Shown one piece after another: positions 14,194 through 27,370 of a stretch of DNA of 62,000 nt. The position numbers and the translations under genes are program-made. A model generated the notes under the pieces. That model was not told the DNA's origin. It was given only the letters and a program-made list of their open reading frames with translations, and did not search any database. Origin of the DNA: Chiloscyllium plagiosum (taxonomy: Eukaryota); the NCBI RefSeq assembly GCF_004010195.1, contig NC_057750.1, positions 18,452,542-18,514,541 of the forward strand. The letters run 5' to 3'. Position 1 is the first letter of the stretch. Each line of letters opens with the position of its first letter.

Positions 14194-14383
14194 GGTTCTG
14201 TTCGCCGAGCTGGAAGTTTTTGTTGCAAACGTTTCGTCCCCTGTCTAGGTGACATCCTCAAGCTCCCAAGCACTGAGGATGTCACCTAGACAGGGGACGA
14301 AACGTTTGCAACAAAAACTTCCAGCTCGGCGAACAGAACCACAGCAACGAGCACCCGAGCTACAAATCTTCTCACAAACTTTG
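14194..14383 (+). mobile_element. Penelope-like fold-back mini-insertion (family B) with 14-bp TSD
   Basis: 67-bp inverted arms at 14194-14260 and 14274-14340. TSD aatactctttctga at 14180-14193 and 14384-14397. Confidence 0.85.
14270..14309 (+). ncRNA. Minimal hammerhead ribozyme-like motif
   Basis: GCA-CUGAGGA-U-[GUCACCU AGAC AGGGGAC]-GAAA-CG-UU-UGC: core boxes, stem II with one mismatch, palindromic ACGU stem III and a 3-bp stem I. Confidence 0.6.
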
Positions 14384-15467
14384 AATACTCTTTCTGAATT
14401 ACATATCTCTCATCTTTCACCATCAAAGATTGACATTCTCTCACAACTCTTAAAATTTTACTTTATTTGTCTGCTATTGGCATATATGAGCAAACCTTAT
14501 CTTCACAAGTAAATTCTTTAAGGAGATCTGGCACTTACCTTTCAATGAACCCCTGACCAGGTTGTACATTCTTGTGCAGCTTTTTAGTTTCCACTGTGCT
14601 TCCTTTTACTAGTTCAGCAAACTCACTGGCTTATCCTGTTTTCCCATGTCTGTCTTCCGAGTACGTTTTCTAAACTACTAACACTTCGAATTCTATGTGG
14701 TCTACTTTATCGCAGTGAAAACACCTGAGTTTTTTTTACTTCCCTTAACCATTCCTAGGTTTCCTTTTTGCTATATGGTAAACTATATTTACTTAACTTA
14801 TGTGAGATCTCCCTTTCCCTTACCACCTGAGGGTTTCTCTTTTTTTCCCAATTTCTATCCGTCACAGACTGAAATTGATGTTGGAAGCTAAACTTTGCTT
14901 TATGAACTTTGTTTTATAATCATCGTCCATTTCTGCCACTAATCTTGCAGTTTTAACTCTGCACTGCCACATGAGTTCTCATTACTTCAGGAAAATAAAT
15001 TTTGAAATCTTCCAAAATAACTATCTCTCTAACAGCATCATATGTTTGATCTATTTACAATGCCCATATCCACCTATTAAAATAGCTTTTTTTGATCCTT
15101 TTAAACTCACTGTATGTGTAACGAGCATCTCTTCTTAGATTCCTAAAACGTCTATAGGCTTCTAGTACTACCTCATATGCACTTAAGATGGCTTTCTTCA
15201 CCTCCTCGTACTCCTCAGATACCTCCTCTTTTAGTGACGCAAATATCACAATAGCACTACCTGCCAATTTTGTTTGGATCAACAATACCCACATGGTCAC
15301 CGACCATTTCATTTGTTTAGTCACTTTTTGAAAAAGGCTTCTGCATCCTTCACATCGAACTTAGACAACACTTAGACAACAATTTAAACAGATCCTCACG
15401 AGGCCTTTAGCTTTGCATCGCATCAGTATCCTCCTCATTAAGCCTATCCTATACCTCCACCCTTATA

Positions 15468-15666
15468 GAGTCAGAGAGATGTACAGCACGGAAACAGATC
15501 CTTCAGTTCAACTCGCCCATGCCAACCAGATATCCCAACCTAGTCTAGTTCCATTTGCCAGCACTAGGCCCATATCCTTCTAAACCCTTTCTATTCATAT
15601 ACCCATCCATCTGCCTTTTGAAAGTTGCAATTGTACTAGCCTCCACGACTTCTTCTGGCAGCTCAT
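15468..15666 (-). mobile_element. CR1/HER1 3' tail inserted in Gypsy gag
   Basis: Same tail as 52-340. Confidence 0.85.
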
Positions 15667-16125
15667 CTTTGTTGATGTTGTCTCTCATTGCCAAGTTCAA
15701 ACTCTCTCTCTTTCTACTTTCCTTCTGCTAGGCCTAATCTTTGCTTTTCATGAGCCGTTAATTTAAGCTGCTTCATTTGCAATTGAATTTTAGCTATTTC
15801 AAAGATTCTGATGGCATTTCCAGCAATTGCAAATATCATGCTATTGCGACAATTACCTCTTTTTTTCGCACTGACAAAGGGCAACCCCAACTCCAGCTCA
15901 TCTGTCAATTCCAAAAGCTTTGCTTTGCTCACTTTCTACGAAACTTTCAAAGTCACTTATTCCACCACCCCCAGGAAAGTCTTAGTGACCAAAAGAGCCA
16001 TTACTACACAAGACATGCCTTGTTTAAACCAGCCAAATTCAACACCCACGACAAAAGAACTATCACATACCACTTGCTGACTTTGAGTCCAATCACGTTA
16101 AACCCAACCTGGAATTAGAGATTTT

Positions 16126-16146
16126 GATCCCAACAAGAGCCCCTAA
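16126..16146 (-). promoter_or_regulatory. Degenerate tRNA-Pro primer binding site of Gmr1-like element 1
   Basis: Minus strand taggggctcttgttgggat next to the 5' LTR, compared with the tRNA-Pro PBS TGGGGGCTCGTCCGGGAT. Confidence 0.65.
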
Positions 16147-16148
16147 TT

Positions 16149-16764
16149 TGTTATGGACCAGACCAGACCCGCTCAAAATATTTGAAAACGTAGTCTAAAC
16201 CCTAACTTTTTCTTATTTTAAAAGCCGGTGTAAAGTGCTGAGCTCCAGATGCAATTCGACTGGTCAAATTACTTGCTGTTAAGCAAAACACGATTTATTC
16301 CAACACTATAGTCGAAATACAACAAGGGAAAGAAAAACTTGAATTAGCTTAACTCTAATTGAAAACTTAACAGAATACTAGATATGGTAACTGTTACTAA
16401 TTAAGTGTTCCAATATAGTAACATCCTACAAACACACCCTTTGGTAAAGAGGGAAATTTAGTAAACAGACCGGCTGTAGTCCCAGCTTCTAGCTGTAACA
16501 GAGAAAGGGGGAAAATAGCTTCTACTTCTTCTAAACTCTTGGCAGCTTCTGCTCAATCTAAAAACTAAAAAAAACTAGAAATCTTGGTCTGCGAGAACTG
16601 GCCACAATCATCCAGGCTGCTTCTATTGTTCCAACTTTTAAAAAACTCCAAGACCTCACAAGTTGTTTATCTTCTCATCATAGACTGCTCTTCACCTGTC
16701 CCTCAATTGCTTTGTGAAAGAAACCAAGACAAAACACACTTCTTAAAGCCATAACATCATCACG
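16149..16764 (-). repeat. 5' LTR of Gmr1-like element 1
   Basis: Starts tgttatggacc, ends catcacg (CA>CG), followed by TSD acct. Confidence 0.88.
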
Positions 16765-16768
16765 ACCT

Positions 16769-17300
16769 TGCCCCTGCCACTTTCGGCTCTCATCCTATTT
16801 ACCAGCCTCTCTCCGGTACTTACTCAAAGGCCTCCTGGAAATCCATATAGATCACGTCCTGTGGCTCTCCTTTATTAAACTTGCTCATTAACAAGTCAAA
16901 GAATTCTAACAGATTTGTCAGGCATGATCTTCCCTTGCTGAAGCCATGCTGACCCAGCCCGATTTTAACATACAGTTCCAAGTACTCCTTGATCTCATCC
17001 TTAAAAATGGCCTCCAAAAAATTACCAATCATTGAGGTCATGTTAACTGTCCTGTAGTGTTTCACCTGCCTCTCTTCTGAAACAGGGTGCAACATTAGCC
17101 ATTTTCCAGACCTTTGGGACCCTCTCTGACTCCCATGTTTGCTGAAATATCACCATCAATGGGATGTAGTCCATCTGGTCTAGGTGATTTATCCATCTTC
17201 AGATATTCCAGCACCTTCTTCTTATTGATGGCCACTATACTCACATCTGTCCCCTGACTCTTGAAGTTCTGCTATGCTTACTGGTGTCTTCCACTGTGGA
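16769..17300 (-). mobile_element. CR1 LINE RT region (upstream continuation of 9148-10228)
   Basis: ORF 16820-17095 QHGFSKGRSCLTNLLEFF...DVIYMDFQEAFE. Confidence 0.9.
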
Positions 17301-17309
17301 AAATGATAT

Positions 17310-18785
17310 TTGAATTTGAGTGATTAATTGTTGTCAAATGTACCACGATACAGTGAAAAGTGTTGTTTCTTGGGCTATACAGGCAGGTTATACCATACAA
17401 CGTGCATCAGGGTTTAGCAGAACAATACAAGATACAGTGTTAGAGCTGCAGAAAAGATGCATAGAGGCAGAGAGAGAGATACCAATATTAACATTTGAGA
17501 GATTCATTCAAGAGTCTGATAACAGTGGGGAAGAAGCTGTTCTTGATTCTATTTGTACGTGTATTCAAACATTTATATCTTCTGACCAAGGGAATGGAGT
17601 GGAAGAGATATAACTGGGGTGGAAGGGGTCTTTCATTATGTTGGTTGCTTTCCTGAGGCAGAGGGAAGTATAAATGGAGTCAATGGATGGAAGGCCGGTT
17701 TGCATGATGGACTGGGCTGTGTTCACGACTCTCTGTAGTTTCTTGTAGTCTTGGCAAAAGCAGTTGCCATACCATGTTGTGTTGCATTCAGATAGGTTGC
17801 TTTCTATGGTGCAACTCTATAAATTGGTAAGAGTCTTCACGGTCATGTCAAATTTCCTTAGCCTCCCGAGGAAGTAGAGGTGTTGTGCTTTCATGCCAGT
17901 CACATCAACATGAGTGGACCAGGACAGATTGTTGATGGTCATCACTCCCTGGAAGTTGACATTTTTTGACCATCTCCACCACAGCACCACTGGTGCAGAC
18001 AGAGTGTGTCCTCCAATCTACTTTCAGAAGTAATTGACCAGCTGCTTCATTTTGCTGACTTTGCTGGTAAGATTGCTGTCTTTATACCATGCCACCAAGC
18101 GCTCAGTTTCTTTCCTGTACTCTGTCTCGTCATTGTTTGAGATAAGACCTACAATGGCGTTGTTATCAGTAAACTTGTAAATGGAGTTGGAATGATATTT
18201 GGCCACACAATTGTGAGTGCATAAGAAGTATAGTAGAGGGCTGAGTACGCAACTGTGCGGGGTACTGGTGTTGAAGATAATGTAGAGGAGGTGTTGTTGC
18301 CTTTTCTTACTGATTGTGGTCTACGGATCAGGAAATCAAAGATCCAGTTACACAGTGAGGGGCTGAGTCCTAGGTCTCAGAATTTGGTAATGAGTTTGTT
18401 TGGAATTATGGTGTTGAAAGCGGAACTGTAGTCAGGAAGTAGGAGCCTGACATAGGTATCCTTGTTATCCAGATGCTCCAGGGATGAGTGTATGGCCAAG
18501 GAAATAACGTCTGCTGTGGACCCATTGCTTCAGTAGGCGAATTTCAAAGGATCAAGGCAATCTGGTAAGGTGGAGTTGACGTAACCTTTTGAAGCACTTC
18601 GTAATTATGGAAGTTGGAGCCACTGGATGGTAGTCATTGAGGCATGCTGCGTGATTTTTCTTTGGATGGTGGTGGTCTTCTTGAACCAGGTGGAGACTTC
18701 AGATATTAGCAGGAGTGGTTAAAGATGTCAGTGAATACCCCCAGCTTGTCCGCACAGAATATGAATGCCCAGATGGGGATGCAAC
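17310..18785 (-). mobile_element. Rex1/Babar-type LINE, 5'-truncated
   Basis: ORF 18024-18206 [38 protein letters not shown] matches the Rex1 RT motif KFADD..VGLI.NNDE..YR. 3' tail near 17310-17365. Confidence 0.8.
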
Positions 18786-19234
18786 ATAAAGTATCTATTC
18801 ATTTCCTTCGCCAATGCTTTGTTCCTAATATTACTTCTCCAGCCTCAGGCTACATCTCAGTTTTAAACATTCGATACAACAAAAATTGATCTCAAATCAC
18901 CTAAAAATCACTTTGAAAACTTTGAACAATATTATGCATATAACTGTCTATCCTTTCCACTTAAAATATTATTAGCTTTTTGGATCACCGAGCAACTATT
19001 CGCAGAGAGAAATAAAAAGAGGGACACTCTTTCTAAAAAAGTAGCTCTTAAGTCTACAATGTCTCAAACTCGTTAACTCGAGAGAGTAACAAAGCCACAC
19101 AATCAGCTAGCCTGAGCTGTTCACTATGTTGTCATCACTAAAACAGTTTCTAAGACTAGAGTCCATGACAAAATAGCCAAGAACATTGTGAGGTCACTAA
19201 AACTCAGTGTGTTTTAAAGGTAAACCTTGTGAGT

Positions 19235-20065
19235 AGAGTCATAGAGATGTACAGCCTGGAAACGGACCCTTTGGTCCAACTCATCTATGCCGACCAAGTA
19301 TCCCAACCCAATCAAGTCCCACCTGCTAGCACCCGGCTCATATCCCACCAAACCCTCCCTATTCATATACCCATCCAGATGCTTTTCAAATGTTGCAACT
19401 GTACCAGCCTCCCACCACTTCCTCTGGCAGCTCATTCTATACACGCACCATCCTTTGCATGAAAACGTTGCCCCTTAGGTCTCTTTTATATCTTTCCCCT
19501 CTCACCCTAAACCTATGCCCTCTAGTTCTGGACTCCCCCAACCCAGGGAAGAGACTTTGTCTATTTATCATATCCATGCCCCTCATGATTGTATAAGCCT
19601 CTATAAGGTCATCCCTCAGCCTCTGACGCTCCAGGGAAAACAGCCCCAGCCTATTCAACCTCTCCCTATACCTCAAATCCTCCAACCTTGGCAACATCTT
19701 TGTAAATCTTTTCTGAATCCTTTCAAGTTTCACAACATCTTTCCGATAAGAAGGTGACCAGAATTGCACACAATATTCTAACAGTGGCCTAACCAATGTC
19801 CTGTACAGCTGCAACTCCTGCATGCAATTCTCTGACCAATAAAGGAAAGCATACCAAACACCTTCTTCACTATCCTATCTACCTGCGACTCCACTTTCAA
19901 AGAGCTATGAACCTGCACTCCAAGGTCTCTTTGTTCAGTCAACTCCCTCGGACCTTACCATTAACTGTTATAAGTCCTGCTAAGATTTGCTTTCGCAAAA
20001 TGCAGCACCTCGCATTTATCTAAATTAAACTCCACCTGCCCCCTCTCAGCCCTTTGGTCCATATT
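19235..20065 (-). mobile_element. CR1/HER1 LINE 3' portion (relatively young)
   Basis: ORF 19437-19823 LYRTLVRPLLEYCVQFWSPSYRKDVVKLERIQKRFTKML... Confidence 0.95.
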
Positions 20066-20369
20066 CAATATTTTATTTGAATAGTTTAAGATTGTAATGG
20101 CAGATGGAATTTTTCACTTGTGGTTACTTTAATCCCTGATTAGTTTTGACAGAGATTCTTGTTTTACGAGGACTCTATGTTTCACTGAAAAGTAATACTC
20201 AAAATGTTCAAGCATTTTGCTACTACCTAAATCAGTAAGTGAATTAGTACAAGTGACTTCTGTTTTCGCAGCGATATACATTCATATATGTTAGTGTATC
20301 TGTGTTTTAGTGTGTCAATTTAAAATCATTACAAAGTAACTTGACTTGAAAAGTCTATAAGGTTACCAA

Positions 20370-21197
20370 ATGTAAGACCAGAATTAGGCCATTCAGCCCA
20401 TCGACTCTGCTCCTCCATTCGATGAGATCATGTCTGATCTGATAATCCTCAACTCCACTTTCATGCTTTATCGCCAAAACCCTTATTTCCCTTACTGATT
20501 AAAAACCTATTTATCTAAGCCTTGAATAATCTCAACTTCCCAACCTCTTCAGCCCTCTGTGGTAAAGAATTCCACAGTTTGATTATCCTTTGAGAGAAAA
20601 AAAAACCCTCTTCCCAGAAGACAAGATTGCTCTCTTTTCAGCAAAAGAAGAGAAGAGGAAATTTTAAAAATTCATTCATGGAACATGAGCATTATTGGCT
20701 AGGCCAGCATTTATTGACCATTCCTAAGAATCAATCACATTTCTGTAGGCATGGAGACACATATAGGCTAGACTGAATAGGGCTGGCAGATTTGCCTCCC
20801 TAAGGGATGTTAGTGAACTAGGTGGGCTTTTTGATAAGAGGCAGAACATAGAACAGTACAGGTCCATCGGCCCTTGATGTTGTACCAGCCTTCTATCCTA
20901 CTCTAAGATCAGACTGACCTACATACCCTTCATTGTACTAACTTCCATGTGCCTATCCAAGAGTTGCTTAAATGTCCCTAATGTATCTGACTCTACTACC
21001 ACTGCTGGCAGTGTATCTATGTACCCACCACTCTCTGAGTATAAAAACCTACCTCTGACATCTCCCCCAAACCTTTCCCCAATTAGCTTAAAATTATGCC
21101 CCCTCATGATAGACATTTCCGCCAGGGGAAAAAGTCTCTGACTATCCACTCTATCTATGCCTCTCAACATCTTGTACATCTCTATCAAGTCACCATT
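20370..21197 (-). mobile_element. Cluster of LINE 3' fragments (CR1 tails and a family B tail)
   Basis: CR1-type tails near 20375 and 20845; ORF 20919-21188 IEMYKMLRGIDRVDSQRLFP; family B tail near 20670-20840. Confidence 0.8.
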
Positions 21198-21199
21198 AA

Positions 21200-21600
21200 T
21201 TAATAATGGAAAATAAGGAAATAACAGAAAAATTGAACAAATGTTTTGGATCGCTTTTTGCTATAGTGGATAGAAATAAGATCTGAGAAGCAGCAATAAA
21301 TCAGGATATGGAAAGGAAAAAGGATAACAATCACCAACAAGGTGGTACTCAGTAAAACATTGGCACTATGGGCTGACAAGTATCTGAGTTCTAGCTTCTT
21401 AAAGGAAGTGGCTAATGTAATAGTTGATGCATCGGTTTTAATTTAAATCCCTTGATTTACAGATAGTCCTATTAGATTAGAAGATAATGATAGTGATTTA
21501 CTCACAAAGGGAGGGTAACAGAAAGTCAGATAGCTTAACATCTGCCATAGACAAAATGTTAGAAGACACTATTAATGAAGCAGTTCTCTTGGATAACTTT
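21200..21600 (+). mobile_element. Decayed CR1 internal fragment, plus strand
   Basis: Resembles the CR1 pre-RT region (aaggaagtggctaatg...gatgc...gattagaagataatga). Confidence 0.5.
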
Positions 21601-21614
21601 GTAATAGGGAAACA

Positions 21615-21900
21615 TTGAAAACATAGGAGCAGGAGTAAGCCATTCAATATTATTGTGGTGGATCATCCATCTTAGTACCCCATTATCACTTGCTCCCCAT
21701 ACCCTTTGATATCTTTAACTATATCTAACTCCTTCTTGAAAAAACAATCAATATTCTGGCCTCAACCTTCTGTAGTAGGAAGTTCCACAGGCTTACCATT
21801 CTGTGGGTGAAAATATTTCTACAGATCTCAATCCTAAATGGCCTACCTTTAGACTATGACCCCAGGTTCTGGACTCCCTAGTCATTGGGAACATGGTTTG
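21615..21900 (-). mobile_element. CR1 3' fragment
   Basis: Similar to 4790-5080 (cctaaatggcctacc...ggttctggactccc). Confidence 0.75.
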
Positions 21901-22859
21901 GCATGGTCCGTAACACCATTAGTTATATAAAGCTGCAAACAAGAGCAGCAACAGAGTCACTATGGTCAAACACCAGTACCTATACTAGGCACACAGACAA
22001 CTGTACAAATGAAAGCATTACACCAGGTTAGACAGCTCCATAGACTCAAGGGAAATAACAATGACTTTTGGGGAAGCATCTAAAACAAATAATTACCAAA
22101 AAGCAGTTACAATGCCTAAACCAACAATATTCCAGCCCTAAAATATTTCACATGCTCCCCAGAAATGTATAAAAATCTGAAGCACTATTTCTGGAATCAA
22201 CCCTTGTATCTAAGTATTGGATTGAAGACTGCAATACTACAACTAGTAACATATATTAACTTTTTCCTGAGCTCTCAATCACAGTTACATCAAGGAGCCG
22301 AATAGGTTGTTTCAGTGAGTTCAATCAAGAAACAGATCTGCAGGTAAAGTAGCCAGAAATAGTGCTGTGCACAGATCGCAGGTAAACAACGAAGTGGTAG
22401 CTTACCTCAGGTAAACCAGGCCAATGAAAGAATGGTTGTGCTGTAAAACAGCAGTGATGGAAATAGCATTATTATTGAATGAAGTCGCTAAGACTAGACT
22501 GTCTTTGACCCGTGATAAAACCAGGAATAGCAAAGTGGGATTTGTGCCCCCTTCCCCAACAGGCCACCAGTACAGACTACACCATCAAGCAGATCTATGA
22601 AATAATCAAAAGGATTACCAGAAAGAATTGATAGATCGTATTGGCCCCAGAGGCACTGAGAGAGAGGACCTGTGAATAATAATAGCACCATCATTGTGGG
22701 GCTAGCAGAAATGTTGGTAAATATGGCTGCCTTTGTCTCAGTTCCCAATCAACCCTTGTCAACCACATAGGCACTCCTGTAAGTGGATTGGGATGTAAGC
22801 CTAAGTATTAGAGATAGGAAACATCATCTATCCACTTTTTGACATGACCAAAAATGAAG

Positions 22860-23890
22860 GAACAACTTTGTGGATTAATATGTTAAGCAAGTGGAGTCAT
22901 ATGATCACCTTTCACCCACGTGCTTCATAAGAATCTAGCCATATCTGCCTTAAAAATATCAAGGGACTCCACTTGCATAGCCTTTTCAGAAAGCGAGTGC
23001 CAAATGCAGACAAAACTTTGAAAAAAATAGTCTGCCTGATCCGTTTTAAATGAGTGACCCCTCAAATTTAATCAATAAGCTCTCAGATTCTTACATTAAA
23101 GAATGCACCCTGTCTATATCCACTCTGTCAAGACCCGTCAGGATTTTATAAATTCCAATATGTAGAAGTCACCTCTCACCCTTCTAAAATTCAACGATAC
23201 AAGTCTGTTCAACCTGTCTTTATCAGACAAATACCTGCCCTCCACCTCCAAGTCCGCCATCTCCACGTGCCCCATTTCCAGGCATTTATCTGGGAAACGT
23301 TCTCTGAACTGCTTCCAAAATATTTACATTCTTTCTTAAATAATGTGACCAATACTCTGCATAGTCCTCCAGATGGAGTCTCACCAGAGCCCTGTATAAC
23401 CTTCTTACTTTTGTACTTAATTTTCTTTGTGACAAGTGTTAACATTCTGAGTTTTCTTCATAACCTGCTATACTTGAATGCTAACCTTTTGTGATTCATG
23501 CGGGACAACGAGATCCTTCTACATCTCAAAAGTATGCAATGTCTCAGCATTTAGATTAAATGCTTATTTATTTTTTCCTGCCAAAATGGTTATTGTCACA
23601 TTTTATTACATTATCCTCCATTTGCCACATCTTCGCTCACTCACTGACTTTACCTGTACCTTTTTATATCTTTATTATGTTCTCTTCACAACTTACCTTC
23701 TTACCGAGCCTTGTGTTTTCAGCAAATTTAGCAATCATATCTCCACTTTTTACTTACATCATTCATGTAAATTGTAGATAATTGAGGTCCTAGTACTGAT
23801 CCCTGCAGCACACCACAATTTATATCTTGTCCTGAAAAAGTCCTATTTATGCCTACCCTTTGCTTCCTGACTGTCAGCCAATCTCTACAC
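22860..23890 (-). mobile_element. CR1 LINE fragment
   Basis: ORF 23728-23943 DWLTVRKQRVGIN...GVLQGSVLGPQL (RT motif). Confidence 0.85.
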
Positions 23891-23904
23891 ATGCCACATG
23901 CTTC

Positions 23905-24440
23905 AGTGTGATTTGAACAAGTCGAATGAATGGGCAAATGCATGACAGATGAAGTATAATGTGAATAAATGTGCGGTTATCCACTCTGGCAGCAAAAGTA
24001 GGAAGGCAGATTATGATGTGAATAGCAAAAAGACTGGGAAAGGGGGCAGGTGCAACAAGAACTGGGTGTCCATGTACACCAGTCGCTGAAAATAAGCATG
24101 CAAATGCAACCAGCAATAAGGGAGGAAAATGATATGTTGGCCTTCATAACAAGAGGATTTGAGTACTGGAGCAGGGATTTTTTTTGCAATTATACAGGGC
24201 ATAAGTGAGACCACAACTGGCTATTATGAGAAGCTTTGGTCTTCATTTCTGATGAGCTGGCTGTGGAGAAAGTGCAACAAAGGTTTACCACTCTGATTCT
24301 TGGGATGGTAGGACTTATGTGCGAAGAAATGTTGGTTCAGTTAGGACTATATTCATGTATTTAGAAGAACATGGGCAGGGGAGAGGTGGGGGGATTGCAT
24401 AGAAATCTATATAAACAATAGACAAGGTAAATGCAGGGCA
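23905..24440 (+). mobile_element. CR1 LINE fragment, plus strand
   Basis: Plus strand reads ...YNVNKCAVIH... and MLAFITRGFEY..., the CR1 RT C-terminus. Confidence 0.8.
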
Positions 24441-24479
24441 AAATACATTAAGATAGCATCAAATGCATTATTTTCGAAG

Positions 24480-24973
24480 GCATTGTGTCATTCGATTGGT
24501 CAAACTTCCAAGCTTGAAGCAAAACACACTTTATTCATATGCTATAGTTAAAGTATAACAAAAGAAAGAAGAATTAGAATACCCTAACTCTATTAGAAAA
24601 CTTATCCCACCAACACACCATTGGCAAAAGCAAATTTAGTTGTCTCACATTCAATTCTCCAGTCCAGGAGGAAACAGAAAACATTGAGAGCGCGAAAGAG
24701 ATAGAGCTCAAGCATTTTGCTGTAGCAGAAACAGACATTTTGCAGCTTCCAAACACCAATAGCCACTGTAAGCTAAACTAAAATCCTGGTTCTGTTGGAG
24801 CTTGACTCCACCCATTCAGGCTGCTTCCGTTGTTCCAACTTTGAAAATAATCGAAGGCCTCACAAGCTGTTTACTTGATTTGCCTGACATAATCCACTTG
24901 ATACATCTGTCTCAACATCTCTTCATGAAAGAAAAGGACAAGATACGCTTCATAAAGCCATAGTATTGTCACA
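24480..24973 (-). mobile_element. Partial solo LTR related to the Gmr1-like element 1 LTR
   Basis: attcgattggtcaaac...aagcaaaacac...ggcctcacaagctgttta...ccatagtattgtcaca aligns by eye with 16250-16764. Confidence 0.75.
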
Positions 24974-24989
24974 GTGGTGTTTGTGGAAT

Positions 24990-26160
24990 TTCTTTATGGC
25001 CTTTGTCTGTTTCCAAGTGGAGCTGGATTTACCTCTGATTTGTGGGATTTTTCTCATTTTGCACTTTGTGGCTTTAATGAAATCAAAAGCATTGAGATTT
25101 AATTCTTTCTTTGGTAAGGTCCAGACAGATGTTAGAGTAAATGGTGTCCATTATGAATCCCACTCCTTCAATGATGCATTCCATTAATTTATTACTCCTG
25201 TAGAATGCCTGGAGATCAGGCTGGATTTGTTCCAATTTTTTTAAACAGGTTAATAGCAAGAACCTGAGGCCTCTGGTTCAGAATATGTTTCTGTTAGATG
25301 GAATGGTTTAGAAATACATATAATTGTTCTGTCCAGGTTTGGTTGACCATCTGCTTGAGTTAATTAAATTCTTCATCCAAGGATTATAAGGTGGACTGCT
25401 TCCTCAGTCTAGTGCATGTTTCACAGTGAATCTTGAAGTGTCTGCCTGCTATCACTAGGATATATGTAAGGGTGCTGGTGTATGGTTTAACACTCTGAGT
25501 ATATTCCTGGTGCATGTATGTCACCAACGAGGTATTTTAGCTGTTGCAGCAATGGTTACTTTTGCTCTTAAAATATAAAAACAAACTGGGCTTGGATATT
25601 GTGATATTGAAAATTTCCACAGACATTTATTACAGCTGAATATTATGTGCAGACATTATGTTTGCAGGCACGTAGGTTTCTGGACTTAGATTAAGCTCTT
25701 AGCATGTCATGCTTCAAGTGATCCTGGAGTAAGATGGAATATAAAACATACCCTCAGGTCACATGCTACAGCAGAAGATGATACCATGGGTGTGTCTGAC
25801 CTTGAGATGCAGCACAACATCCACTTTTTTCTAAAGATAAAAACATCCAAATTAACAAGATTACGATTTCAAATTTGAATGTTTTGAAAGTTTGATAATT
25901 CATCTTAATCTGGTGATTACGTAACTATCTGGAGAAGTTTGTGATGCTTTCTATTGCAGTTATTTAACAACCTGAATGTCTTGTGGCTGATTGGAGTCAC
26001 TCAGTCCCAACACACTACCATTGTTGGAGTGTTCTTTCTCACTTTCATCATCACGATCGGTATGCCATACATTGGTCTGAACTGACATTGCAACACAATA
26101 CTATGATCAGTGAAGACTCTGTATGATCTGGCCTGGTTGCATTTTCTACTACGCCTTTGC
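24990..26160 (-). mobile_element. Very decayed Gypsy-like RT/RH relic; possible PR and gag pieces at about 30510-31200 and 31800-32250
   Basis: Weak motif resemblance only (Y.DD-like near 26045-26065; FTV-like near 25420). The pieces lie in the expected order on the minus strand. Confidence 0.3.
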
Positions 26161-26199
26161 TTGTATCCAAGTATTTGTACTTCTAACTCTTAATAGCAC

Positions 26200-27370
26200 C
26201 AGAGGTGTGGCAGGAGGGTGGGAACCAGAGCAGTAAGTCAACATGTGGAGTGACTGAGGAGAAGGTAGAGGTTAAGTCAAGTAAGACAAATAGGAAGAAC
26301 AGGCAGAGCCATATTAATGAACACAGCGGGACAAGCAGTCCGAAGTGTATTTATTTTAATGCAAGCAGCATAACAGATAAGGCAGATGAGCTTAGATTGT
26401 GGACTTGGACATAGCACCATGATGTGGCATGATGGCTCAGTGTTTAGCATTGCTGCCTCACAGTGCTAGGGACCCAAGTTCGATTCTACCCTCAGGTGAC
26501 TCTCTGTGTGACATTTGCACAACCTCCCTATGTCTGCGTGGCCTTATCGGGATAGTCAGCATGATTATGTGTGAGGGAGGTCTTGTTTGACAGATTTGTT
26601 TTGAGGGAGTGATGAAGATAGTTGAGGGTAGGAGAGTGGATGTTGTTCACATGGACTTTGCTAAAGCATTTGACAAGTTTCCTCATGGTAGGCTGATTCA
26701 GAACTTGAAGTCACATGAGATCCATGGTGCGTTGGTAAATTGGATACAAAATTGGCATGGTCATAGAAGATAGAGGACTGTTGTGGAGGGATATTTTTCT
26801 GACTGGTGAATCTATACTGGGACCTCTATTTGTTATGTACAGGTATATAAATAACTTGATTGAAAATGTAGGTAGCATGATCAGTAAGTTTGCAGATGAC
26901 ATGAAAATTGGTGGAGTTTTGGATAGTGAGGAGGATTATCAAAGGATATAAATCAGTTGGAAAGTTGGTTGGAGAAATAGCAGATGGAGCTTAATCTGAG
27001 CAATTGTGAGGTGATGAGTTTTGGGAGGTCAAGTGTAGGAAAATGTAGATAGTAAATGGCAGGATCCTCAGGAGAATTGATATACAGAGGCATGTTGCGG
27101 TACAAATCTATTGCTCTGTGAAAGAGGCAACACAGGTGGGTAAAGTAGTAAAAAAGGCATATAGCAAACTTGCCTTCATCAGTCAGATGTTGAGTATGAA
27201 CACTGGCCAGTCTTGTTACAACAGTATCAAACTTTAGTTAGGCCATGTTTAGATTATTGTGATTGGTCCTCCTTGCCACACTGTAGGAAGGATGTGGAGG
27301 CTTTTGAGGGATTAAAAGCAGTTTATCAGGATGTTGCCTGGATTGGAGTGCATTTGGAGAGATTGGACAA
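26200..27370 (+). mobile_element. CR1 LINE fragments, plus strand (EN start, RT, C-terminus)
   Basis: KCIYFNASSITDKADEL (EN start, ORF 26205-26414); ISKFADDMKIGG (ORF 26757-26951). Confidence 0.85.
26423..26541 (+). mobile_element. HE1-type tRNA-derived SINE, 5' part
   Basis: tggctcagtg (A box) ... gttcgattct (B box); homologous to 48312-48430. Confidence 0.8.

Larger units (their letters stand above)
10229..16764 (-). mobile_element. Full-length decayed Gmr1-like Ty3/Gypsy LTR retrotransposon (gag-PR-INT-RT-RH)
   Basis: LTRs at 10229-10857 and 16149-16764; TSD acct at 10225-10228 and 16765-16768. gag near 15930-14680 (ORF 15055-15324; CCHC-like CFHCDKVDH near 14700). INT about 13650-12650. 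RT includes PIKQHPYR (12256-12618) and SSWSSPIVMVPKPDG (11715-11900). RH-like GVGAVLLQ (11065-11478). Confidence 0.92.
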
